A stretch of 63,147 nt of DNA, counting the filler, from Octopus bimaculoides (taxonomy: Eukaryota), in NCBI RefSeq assembly GCF_001194135.2. It is 5 parts of 4 records of this genome, joined end to end, with 100 filler letters (N's around TTAATTAATTAA, not from the genome) between each part and the next. Parts side by side here need not be neighbours in the genome. Positions count along the whole stretch, not along the records: positions 31,756 to 45,834 come from NW_026438505.1; 4 more parts are not named here. One strand, written 5' to 3'. Position 1 is the first letter of the stretch; each line of letters opens with the position of its first letter. A model generated the notes under the pieces. It did not search any database. It was not told the DNA's origin and saw only the letters and a program-made list of their open reading frames with translations. The position numbers and the translations under genes were made by a program. This document shows, piece by piece, positions 34,748 through 45,934 of this stretch.

Positions 34748-36318
34748 NNNNNNNNNNNNNNNNNNNNNNNNNNNNNNNNNNNNNNNNNNNNNNNNNNNNN
34801 NNNNNNNNNNNNNNNNNNNNNNNNNNNNNNNNNNNNNNNNNNNNNNNNNNNNNNNNNNNNNNNNNNNNNNNNNNNNNNNNNNNNNNNNNNNNNNNNNNNN
34901 NNNNNNNNNNNNNNNNNNNNNNNNNNNNNNNNNNNNNNNNNNNNNNNNNNNNNNNNNNNNNNNNNNNNNNNNNNNNNNNNNNNNNNNNNNNNNNNNNNNN
35001 NNNNNNNNNNNNNNNNNNNNNNNNNNNNNNNNNNNNNNNNNNNNNNNNNNNNNNNNNNNNNNNNNNNNNNNNNNNNNNNNNNNNNNNNNNNNNNNNNNNN
35101 NNNNNNNNNNNNNNNNNNNNNNNNNNNNNNNNNNNNNNNNNNNNNNNNNNNNNNNNNNNNNNNNNNNNNNNNNNNNNNNNNNNNNNNNNNNNNNNNNNNN
35201 NNNNNNNNNNNNNNNNNNNNNNNNNNNNNNNNNNNNNNNNNNNNNNNNNNNNNNNNNNNNNNNNNNNNNNNNNNNNNNNNNNNNNNNNNNNNNNNNNNNN
35301 NNNNNNNNNNNNNNNNNNNNNNNNNNNNNNNNNNNNNNNNNNNNNNNNNNNNNNNNNNNNNNNNNNNNNNNNNNNNNNNNNNNNNNNNNNNNNNNNNNNN
35401 NNNNNNNNNNNNNNNNNNNNNNNNNNNNNNNNNNNNNNNNNNNNNNNNNNNNNNNNNNNNNNNNNNNNNNNNNNNNNNNNNNNNNNNNNNNNNNNNNNNN
35501 NNNNNNNNNNNNNNNNNNNNNNNNNNNNNNNNNNNNNNNNNNNNNNNNNCGGATCAAAGACTCTCGAGAAGAATTTTTAAAATAGCTTCGTGTTTTCTTT
35601 GTTTCTTCTTTTAAATCGTTTTCTGTTATTTAAAAATATTCTTTTTGCTTTCAGGATATTTGTTTTGTTTACTTGGTTGTGTGAATATAAAATAATGAAT
35701 AATTAATATGTATTCCTTAAAAATTGTGTTCTTTAAAAATTATGGCATTAGAATAAGATTTTTATCGAAGCAAACAGGAATCTATTTATCTATCTATCTA
35801 TCCGTCTGTTTGTCTGTCTGTCTGTCTATCTGCCTGTCTGCCTGTCTGCCTGTCTGTCTGTGTGTCTGTCTATCTGTATGTATGTATGTATGTATGTATG
35901 TATGTATTTATTTATATGTATATCGGCCATGTAACGACCCACGTGCTTTCCTCGGACCATCTGCTCCTTCCTCCTTCAACACTTCACTGTTTTACCCCTT
36001 TTTCTGACGACGAATCATACTCGAGACGTCATTTTCCCATCCGAAACATTCACTGAGCGTCAATCAACATATTTACTATGTAGATATAATCCCAGGGGAT
36101 TTGAATGGATTAACGGAACCTGTATATCTGGACATTTCCCAGACTGTCTTCCTTCTGAAGATGGACCATTCAGCATGGTCAGAAGCTTTCTATTTTCTCT
36201 CTTTTTTCCTTCTTCAATAATTCAATGCTTCAAGCGAACTACAAAGCTCTTATACATAGACTTATTTATTTATTGACACACATATACGTATGTTTTTATT
36301 TATTACATATATTCATTT

Positions 36319-36355
<37 letters not shown>

Positions 36356-36555
36356 CCGGTATAGAGCAGAGGACTTCAGCACAGTCGTAAACCAAACAGT
36401 ATCAATGACGTCATTGATTACTTGCTTCAAACATGTTAGCTTGGATCAGCTTCACTTCCACCCAACCGATATTTATGGACATATATATGTGATTCAGTGT
36501 GTGCGTATATATGATGCGTGTGTGTGTTTGTATATTTATTTGTGTGTATACATGT

Positions 36556-36621
<66 letters not shown>

Positions 36622-36671
36622 CATATATATTCATATGTATATATATTAATTTCATTTTCTTTTCGCTGTAG

Positions 36672-36865
36672 CCGAGAAACAATCTTATTAATTCTGGACA
36701 CTAAAGGTTGCACAGAACTCAGCTATCTACCCGGTGATCACTTAGGGATCTATCCACCGAATGACCCGAAACTGGTGGAAATTGTACTTTCCAGGCTACA
36801 CAATGCCCCACCCATTGATCAGCTCGTAAAGCTGGAGATGCTACAAGAGCGATCGCCAGCTCTAG
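36672..36865 (+). CDS. NOS: Nitric oxide synthase internal exon, FAD-binding reductase domain (only NOS exon found in window)
   Basis: Acceptor ttttcttttcgctgtag, donor gtaagt; 194 nt, phase 2-1; (S)RETILLILDTKGCTELSYLPGDHLGIYPPNDPKLVEIVLSRLHNAPPIDQLVKLEMLQERSPAL(G). It matches the NOS-specific stretch YxPGDHLGxxPxN...L.xAPPxxQxVKxExLxER...LG as I recall it from neuronal NOS. Confidence 0.93.
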
Positions 36866-37602
36866 GTAAGTAAAACAACGTAATAATAATGTAAATAATT
36901 GTTTCGGATACAGGTACAGGACCTAAAGCGAGTGTAGAAACACGGCAAACCACAGTGGAAAAGGCATGCTTCGAGTGCCTTCTGTGTAATTTATCCAAGC
37001 CTGAAGGCCGTTGAACACTTTGTGTTTCTTTCTGAGTTTCTATTAGGAAGCTATGAATTCCAAAGCGAATTCGGGATCGCCTCGTTTGGTACCTGGTGCT
37101 GACGATGGCAAAGGAGTTTGAAATGCATAAATTGGTCCACAGAGAGCACTCTGAGATGTCTGTTTGTGTTTTAATGCCGGTAGCCTAAGTGGCTGAAGCA
37201 AGTCAACCTAAAAAAGCTATGTACGTGTGAAAATGGCAAGCGTGCGAGTGCGTAGGTGTTTATATATAAATTGTGAATAGAAAAAAAATCTAAAAAGGAA
37301 ATATTCACAGACAAAGTAAATTGAATAAGCATAACCAAGGACGTGGTGGTTTAGCCTGAGTTGAACCCGGAACTTATAGGTCTATGACAACAGACACTCC
37401 AGCCATAAACGTTCCGTCTTTATAGGACCTCATCGTATTACATTGTCTTATACGACTTTCCTACGTTTTAAGATAATAAAGTTTGATTGGTTGTTATCTC
37501 TATCAATGCATTTAGGCAATGCATTTTAATTTAGAATACATTTTGACCGGCCACCTACTTGGTAGTTAGGTTGTGAAGGAAAGCATCTTTTGTTCAGCAT
37601 CC

Positions 37603-37800
37603 TTATAAAGGTCTTGCAGATGTTATAAACCCAGATATCGCGATCATTTGTAGCATCTGAATCAAGGATTTGTATTTTCTCCTCAAGAACCCAAGTTCAG
37701 CCAAAGTTTGCTCCAGATGAGTTGGTATGTAGGTTGTTGCTCCGATACTTATGGCTATGAAGCTGAAAGTGTATCTTGGGAAATGGATGTGCGAATTCCT
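37603..37800 (-). mobile_element. R4/Dong-like (RLE-type) non-LTR retrotransposon C-terminal remnant
   Basis: FIAISIGATTYIPTHLEQTLAELGF...LIQMLQMIAISG resembles the terminal PxVIGALGxVPxxLxxxLxxLG...LQKxAxxG pattern of RLE elements. Confidence 0.5.
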
Positions 37801-37889
37801 TATCATTGTTCCATAGATGCCCCCCTCTCTCTATCTCTCTCTCTATCTCTCCCTCTCTCTATCTCTCTCTCTCCCTCTTTCTCTCTCTT

Positions 37890-37932
<43 letters not shown>

Positions 37933-38149
37933 TTCTCTCTCTCTCTTGTATTTTTCCAACATTGTTCAGAGGGCAGCTGTTCTCTACGTCAAAATATACC
38001 TTCTCCGCGTGGTCCTACACAAACGTATCTGGCCAGTTGTATTTTAATCTGATGGTTGTTTTAATTTTAAAGCTCTACCAATATTCTTTTGACCCATTCG
38101 TTTCAATGTAGCAAACATAGCGTGTATGTATGTATAATTCTGGGGAATT

Positions 38150-38430
38150 CTACTGGGAAAAACAATATATGAGTATATGCATATATATGTACATGTATGT
38201 ACATACCTTCATCTACATGTACATATAGATACATATCTGGGCACATGACGTTGCAAAAAGACATGGACAAAATGATAAACAAGTTACAAAAAACAAGCAG
38301 GCACATAGAGGACATATCCTTCATCAGCTGCCACCATTAAAACACTGGCGTTTCGAAGAGTTAGGGCAGGACGCATCGTTAAAATGGCTATTCCCACGAA
38401 CACAAATTAAATTTTACACACAGAGAAGGA
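38150..38430. mobile_element. Dispersed repeat, second copy at about 54810-55040, probably a Penelope-type terminus
   Basis: Shared tccttcatcagctgccaccatt...gaagagttagg and gtacatgtatgtacatacct segments. Confidence 0.5.
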
Positions 38431-39436
38431 GAGAGGAGAGATAAATAGACAGACAGACAGACAAATAGATAGATTTGAAACAAACTAAGAAGGTGGTACT
38501 ATGTGTAGAAACATAGTAAAGAGATGTCTGTGTGCGCGCATGCGTGGTGTGAGCGTGTGTAACATATATTAAAGCGAGTACGTATTTCATTATTTCATAT
38601 CGGCGTACACAAACGTACACATATCCACATCCACCTATATATATATGTATGTATACGTATCTATATATGTTTATGTATGCTTATANNNNNNNNNNNNNNN
38701 NNNNNNNNNNNNNNNNNNNNNNNNNNNNNNNNNNNNNNNNNNNNNNNNNNNNNNNNNNNNNNNNNNNNNNNNNNNNNNNNNNNNNNNNNNNNNNNNNNNN
38801 NNNNNNNNNNNNNNNNNNNNNNNNNNNNNNNNNNNNNNNNNNNNNNNNNNNNNNNNNNNNNNNNNNNNNNNNNNNNNNNNNNNNNNNNNNNNNNNNNNNN
38901 NNNNNNNNNNNNNNNNNNNNNNNNNNNNNNNNNNNNNNNNNNNNNNNNNNNNNNNNNNNNNNNNNNNNNNNNNNNNNNNNNNNNNNNNNNNNNNNNNNNN
39001 NNNNNNNNNNNNNNNNNNNNNNNNNNNNNNNNNNNNNNNNNNNNNNNNNNNNNNNNNNNNNNNNNNNNNNNNNNNNNNNNNNNNNNNNNNNNNNNNNNNN
39101 NNNNNNNNNNNNNNNNNNNNNNNNNNNNNNNNNNNNNNNNNNNNNNNNNNNNNNNNNNNNNNNNNNNNNNNNNNNNNNNNNNNNNNNNNNNNNNNNNNNN
39201 NNNNNNNNNNNNNNNNNNNNNNNNNNNNNNNNNNNNNNNNNNNNNNNNNNNNNNNNNNNNNNNNNNNNNNNNNNNNNNNNNNNNNNNNNNNNNNNNNNNN
39301 NNNNNNNNNNNNNNNNNNNNNNNNNNNNNNNNNNNNNNNNNNNNNNNNNNNNNNNNNNNNNNNNNNNNNNNNNNNNNNNNNNNNNNNNNNNNNNNNNNNN
39401 NNNNNNNNNNNNNNNNNNNNNNNNNNNNNNNNNNNN

Positions 39437-39487
<51 letters not shown>

Positions 39488-39904
39488 AGTGTATTTGTGT
39501 CTGTGTGTTTGTGTTTGTATGCGTATGTAAACCTATGTGTACATATGTATGTGTGCGTATGTATATTAGTGTGTTTATTGTTTAATAAAAACCATCCTTT
39601 TCGTTTCGCTCTTTGAACATTGATATTAATACGCACCCACACGCCCACTCACACACACTCACACACACACACTCACACACACGCACACGCACGCACACAC
39701 CTCTGCATACACACACCTGTGTTTGTATATGTGTGTGTATGTGTCTATATGATGCAGGTGTGGAAGGAATAATTTTGTGAGCGCAGCAAGGAGAAAAACA
39801 ACAAGAACATTGTTGTACGAACCAATGGAAGTCGATGGAAGTCGTTGGTTCACCTGCAAGAAACTACAACCAAATTAGACATTATCACCTTTAGAAATCG
39901 GAAG

Positions 39905-40135
39905 GACACATGAGATAATGTAGTCCTAGATATTCCTTGTCTGAATAAAAGATGAGATGGTCGTATCTGTGTCAGGGCTGACCTGAGGTTAAATACCAAC
40001 AAGGGAGGACACATTAGATGATGTAGTCCTAGATATGCTATGTCAGAATAAGAGATCACCCATGTATTTTATGGCTGACCTATGGTTAAATAACAAGCAA
40101 GAACACATTAGATAATGTAGTCCTAGATATACTAC
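39905..40135. repeat. About 95-103-bp degenerate tandem repeat, about 2.3 copies
   Basis: acacatTagatAatgtagtcctagatat at 39905, 40008 and 40102, with shared gctgacctNNggttaaata. Confidence 0.75.
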
Positions 40136-40302
40136 ACCGAAATAGTTGATAGAATGCTCAGAATTAGATAGTGTATCTCATCAAAATGTTGGGACTGTCA
40201 CAGTTGGAACGCTTAGGTTACGGATGGCTATATATATATATACGTATAGATGTAAGTCTGTACATACACGTATGTATAAATGCATATATATGTATGTGTG
40301 TT

Positions 40303-40333
<31 letters not shown>

Positions 40334-40689
40334 TCACACACATACACATACATGATGGGCTTCCGCACAGTTTCTGTTAACCAAAATCACTCACAAGGCA
40401 TTAGTCGCTCCGAGGCTATATTTGAAGGTACTTTTACCGAGGGGCATCTCAGAGGGTTTGAACCCGAAACCATGTTTGGAAAGCAACCTTGTAGCCCACA
40501 CAGCCATGCCATTTTATTTTATGATGCCCGCAAGGCACCGAGCTGATTATAAGGACGGCACGGCACAAAGCAACGTATTATGTCGGAGGTGATAGTTCCC
40601 ACTAGTTTTCCGGCCTTCCCAGGAGCTTCGGAAGAAATAGCAGCAGGAAACATATAGAGAGATATAAGAAAGACGTACATTAATAGCGA

Positions 40690-40882
40690 CACAGTACTAT
40701 ATACGTGCCTGTGTGTATCATATATATATCGTGTATGTATATATATATATATATGATATATTTGTGTTTACGTAAATGCATATAAATATATGTATATGCA
40801 CGTACATACATAATTTATCAGACACACACATATATATGTGCGCGTATATGTATTTATATATATTGATATATATACATGTATG

Positions 40883-40915
<33 letters not shown>

Positions 40916-40926
40916 GTATACATATA

Positions 40927-40959
<33 letters not shown>

Positions 40960-41054
40960 GCATATATATATACATGTATATATATATATATATACATATA
41001 TATGTACACATATATACCTACAGACACACACATACACACATATATATATGGTGA

Positions 41055-41096
<42 letters not shown>

Positions 41097-41240
41097 TATA
41101 TACATATCTATATATACATAAATATGTCCATACAAAAATGCATACATACATACACATACACACACATACAAATATGTGTGTGTGTGTGTATGTATATATA
41201 TACATATATATACATATATATGCATACATAGATACACTAC
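40690..41240. repeat. Compound (TA)n/(CA)n microsatellite; many similar (TA)n, (CA)n, (GA)n, (GATA)n, (TTTC)n and (AAC)n tracts throughout the window, mostly flanking N gaps
   Basis: Direct reading; other examples at 9600-9710, 37820-37945, 45206-45530, 55400-55590, 59571-59600, 59720-59785, 60045-60115, 60803-60853 and 62680-62738. Confidence 0.95.
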
Positions 41241-41503
41241 ACACTACACCCACCCCACCTCATATTAAATCATTAAATCACACGATAATGATGACATTTA
41301 ACATTTAACATTACAACAATAGCACCAAAGTGTGGAGTCTCAATTATTCCACGAAAGAACGTCTTACATTTCTATTTAACCATATATGTCGCGGTGGGGG
41401 GCGCTTGTTTCCGTACGCACATATATATATATAAATAGATGTTTACATGCATATATATCCAACTATATTTGTTTATTCATCTGTCTACTTATTTAACTAT
41501 ATG

Positions 41504-41535
<32 letters not shown>

Positions 41536-42172
41536 NNNNNNNNNNNNNNNNNNNNNNNNNNNNNNNNNNNNNNNNNNNNNNNNNNNNNNNNNNNNNNNNN
41601 NNNNNNNNNNNNNNNNNNNNNNNNNNNNNNNNNNNNNNNNNNNNNNNNNNNNNNNNNNNNNNNNNNNNNNNNNNNNNNNNNNNNNNNNNNNNNNNNNNNN
41701 NNNNNNNNNNNNNNNNNNNNNNNNNNNNNNNNNNNNNNNNNNNNNNNNNNNNNNNNNNNNNNNNNNNNNNNNNNNNNNNNNNNNNNNNNNNNNNNNNNNN
41801 NNNNNNNNNNNNNNNNNNNNNNNNNNNNNNNNNNNNNNNNNNNNNNNNNNNNNNNNNNNNNNNNNNNNNNNNNNNNNNNNNNNNNNNNNNNNNNNNNNNN
41901 NNNNNNNNNNNNNNNNNNNNNNNNNNNNNNNNNNNNNNNNNNNNNNNNNNNNNNNNNNNNNNNNNNNNNNNNNNNNNNNNNNNNNNNNNNNNNNNNNNNN
42001 NNNNNNNNNNNNNNNNNNNNNNNNNNNNNNNNNNNNNNNNNNNNNNNNNNNNNNNNNNNNNNNNNNNNNNNNNNNNNNNNNNNNNNNNNNNNNNNNNNNN
42101 NNNNNNNNNNNNNNNNNNNNNNNNNNNNNNNNNNNNNNNNNNNNNNNNNNNNNNNNNNNNNNNNNNNNNNNN

Positions 42173-42206
<34 letters not shown>

Positions 42207-42466
42207 TGTATGTATGTATGTATGTATATATATATATCTTTTACTCTTTTACTTGTTTCAATCATTTGACTGTGGCCATGCTGGAGCACCGTCTTTAGTC
42301 GTGTGGATCGACCCCAGTACTTATTCTTTATAAGCCTAGTACTAATTCTATCGCTTATATATATATAAGAAATCCAATGGCAAAAGTCGAAAGGGAAAAG
42401 ACAATACTAGAGGAACAAGTATTAACAAATACTAAATTATCTTAACGCTTAAATCATTAGAAAAGA

Positions 42467-42505
42467 GTCTTTACGTTTCGGACATTTGTCCATTATCAGA
42501 CAAAA
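42467..42505 (-). ncRNA. Decayed minimal hammerhead-like motif
   Basis: CTGATAA-T-GGAC-aaat-GTCC-GAA-ACGT-A; G8A change; helix I poor. Confidence 0.45.
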
Positions 42506-43014
42506 AGTGCAGGATGAGTGAGAATGAGTGACAGAGAAAAATATGAGTGAGGTGTTAAGAAGGGAGAAAGGAGCGAGTGTACACGTGCATGAATATATAT
42601 ATATATATCTTTGGCATTTAATACAATCTCATTCTGAGTTTTTTAAATATATGTCACAGAATTATTTCCCTTAGCTCAGTTTAATTTGATTTATGTAAAT
42701 TACCTCGGGCATAAATGCTTCCTACTTTTTCTTTGTTTCGTATATGTCTAACTGCCTTGCTCTGCTGGTGAAGTCCACGTGTTGCGGCTATGTTGGTGAA
42801 CCTCTTTGAAATTGTTTTGTCAATCAAGTCTATTCTTACATCAGGTGCTTATTCTATCGGACACCGTTTTGTCGAACGGCTACGGTAGGAAGACGCAAAA
42901 CCAACGAACACCAGTTATCAAGTACATGCATGTGTGCATACATATAAGCATATATATATATATACATTGTATCTACATACACACGCACACACATATATAT
43001 ATATATATACACAT

Positions 43015-43066
<52 letters not shown>

Positions 43067-43076
43067 NNNNNNNNNN

Positions 43077-43123
<47 letters not shown>

Positions 43124-43611
43124 AGATCGACTATATTCTCTCAAGATGTCACATGAAAGGACTGAACCCGAAAGTAGGAGGTTAGAAAGTGAAGCCCTTA
43201 ATCACACATCTACGCTTATTAGCGCCCGTGTATTAGATGTATAAAATACATTTATCATGACTGCCAGTTTCAGAATTAAAGTGAGCCGAACTTCACACAG
43301 GGATTGAACCATGTATATGTGCCAGATGCTGGACATTTCATATTTTTGGCTGCTACCAAAGGGAATATGAAGACAGTGATACATCAATGCAACACCTATA
43401 AATGTTTTATTGACGAACAACTAACAATATTATCCCTAGCTTCACATCGCATAACGACCATGTGAAATTTCGTTGCCACTCAACCACCAGAATATCTAGA
43501 CTTCTACCCTACAATTGCCCAGGATATTTCAGTGTCACACTGAAATTTGATGCGTGTAATTTCGAGAAAACTCTCAGAATAACGCAGAAGAGATAAAGAT
43601 TGTTAGTTTAA

Positions 43612-43833
43612 CCCATTGAGTCCCCACTGTCCTATAAATTGGACACTAAATGAGAACATTATATAAGCTATATCACATTGTCTCAGTGTCCTATTTATCG
43701 GACACCGAGTATTTCTATTTCTACTTGAAGTAAAGGAGTTTGATAATTATTTTTTTCATTTTAACCTGTTTTCAATCATTTGTAAAAATTTAAAAGTAAT
43801 GTTCAGAAATTTAAATATCTGGGACTAAATGGG
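43612..43833. mobile_element. piggyBac-like MITE (222 bp)
   Basis: TTAA on both sides (43608-11, 43834-37); 13-bp TIRs CCCATTGAGTCCC / GGGACTAAATGGG (12/13 match); internal inverted motif tgtccNataaaTNggacac twice; no ORF. Confidence 0.8.
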
Positions 43834-45206
43834 TTAAATCAGTGAAATATTTATATGGTCGCGGGTGTGGCTGTGTGGTAAGAAGTTTGATTCCCACCCA
43901 CATGGTTCCGGGTTCACTCTTACGGCGTGGTACCATGGGCAAGTTTCTTCTACTATCACTTTGGACCGACCAAAGCCTTGTGGGTGGATTTGGTAGACGG
44001 AAACTGAAAGAATACACACACACACACACACACGCATATCTGTGTGTGTGTGTGTGTGTGTTTATCTCCCAACCACCGCCTGAGAACCGGTGTTGATGTG
44101 TTTACGTCCCCTGTAACTCAGCGGCTCGGTAAGACAGACTGATAGAATAGATACTAGGGGTCGATACGTTTTACTGAAAACTCTTTAAGGCGGTGCTCCA
44201 GCAAGGCGGCAGTCTGATGACTGAAACAAGTAAAAGCTAAAAGATACGTGCTTTATGTGCCAGACAAACTTGCTGAGGCGGTGGATCGGCAAAGTTGTAA
44301 AAGCATCCAACAACAAGAAAAACAAGAACAGCAGAACAAAAGTCGAGCGCAGCGTTTAGTTGCGGAGCCTTTACGGTGTGAGTGATTGCTTGAACGAAAC
44401 ATGCAACCAGAACAATGATGCGCAATGGAGACAAAGTTTTCATTATAAGGCTTACTTTAACAAATCTTTAAACTAATTTCAAAGACGTTCCGAAGCCATT
44501 TGACCATAGATTAGGTTTCCCAAAGTATTGGCAGTCAGGGACAATGGGTTAATAATTACAATGTTTATTCAGGCAATGGNNNNNNNNNNNNNNNNNNNNN
44601 NNNNNNNNNNNNNNNNNNNNNNNNNNNNNNNNNNNNNNNNNNNNNNNNNNNNNNNNNNNNNNNNNNNNNNNNNNNNNNNNNNNNNNNNNNNNNNNNNNNN
44701 NNNNNNNNNNNNNNNNNNNNNNNNNNNNNNNNNNNNNNNNNNNNNNNNNNNNNNNNNNNNNNNNNNNNNNNNNNNNNNNNNNNNNNNNNNNNNNNNNNNN
44801 NNNNNNNNNNNNNNNNNNNNNNNNNNNNNNNNNNNNNNNNNNNNNNNNNNNNNNNNNNNNNNNNNNNNNNNNNNNNNNNNNNNNNNNNNNNNNNNNNNNN
44901 NNNNNNNNNNNNNNNNNNNNNNNNNNNNNNNNNNNNNNNNNNNNNNNNNNNNNNNNNNNNNNNNNNNNNNNNNNNNNNNNNNNNNNNNNNNNNNNNNNNN
45001 NNNNNNNNNNNNNNNNNNNNNNNNNNNNNNNNNNNNNNNNNNNNNNNNNNNNNNNNNNNNNNNNNNNNNNNNNNNNNNNNNNNNNNNNNNNNNNNNNNNN
45101 NNNNNNNNNNNNNNNNNNNNNNNNNNNNNNNNNNNNNNNNNNNNNNNNNNNNNNNNNNNNNNNNNNNNNNNNNNNNNNNNNNNNNNNNNNNNNNNNNNNN
45201 NNNNNN

Positions 45207-45250
<44 letters not shown>

Positions 45251-45337
45251 CATATATGTATATGTGTATGTATATATATATATGTGTGTGTGTCTGTGTG
45301 TATGTACATATTTACATATATATGTGTATGCGTGTAT

Positions 45338-45423
<86 letters not shown>

Positions 45424-45461
45424 CTATGTATGTGTACAGATTTATATGCATATGTACATGC

Positions 45462-45514
<53 letters not shown>

Positions 45515-45834
45515 CAGTGTGAGAGATAACAAAAAGCCTGTTTCTAAAAATACACACACACACACACATGATATATCGTTATAGATGTAGAGATGGTGTT
45601 GTGTGATTTTCAGTCTCCTTTTCTAATTACGTGGCTTCGCGTTCGATCCATCTTCGCGTCTCTCTAGGCTTAAATATACTGTAAGCATCAGAGTTGGGAA
45701 GTATTTTATGAGTGAAATTTGATGCTCGGGAACTGGGTCTACAGGTATGCATGCATAAGTATGCATGTGTGTATGTGTGTGTGTGTGTGTGTGTGTGAGT
45801 GCGTGTGTGTGCGTGTGTGTGCGTGCGTGTGTGT

Positions 45835-45934
45835 NNNNNNNNNNNNNNNNNNNNNNNNNNNNNNNNNNNNNNNNNNNNTTAATTAATTAANNNNNNNNNN
45901 NNNNNNNNNNNNNNNNNNNNNNNNNNNNNNNNNN
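45835..45934. other. Artificial scaffold-join linker
   Basis: Identical 100-bp cassette. Confidence 0.95.

Noticed and set aside
38310-38385. Minus-strand CGAAACG followed by CTGATGA as a type II hammerhead
   Set aside because: Helices I and II do not pair in the required register, and the second copy at 54.98 kb lacks GAAA.
39905-40135. CRISPR-like repeat-spacer array (also considered for 4185-4255 and 12866-13101)
   Set aside because: Eukaryotic context, degenerate repeats, spacers homologous to each other or only two repeats, and no cas genes.
44214-44232. CTGATGA-ct-GAAAC-aa-GTA, a hammerhead-like word order
   Set aside because: No room for helix II; it is a mutated form of the SINE segment cagtcaaatgactgaaacaagtaaaag seen in many other copies.
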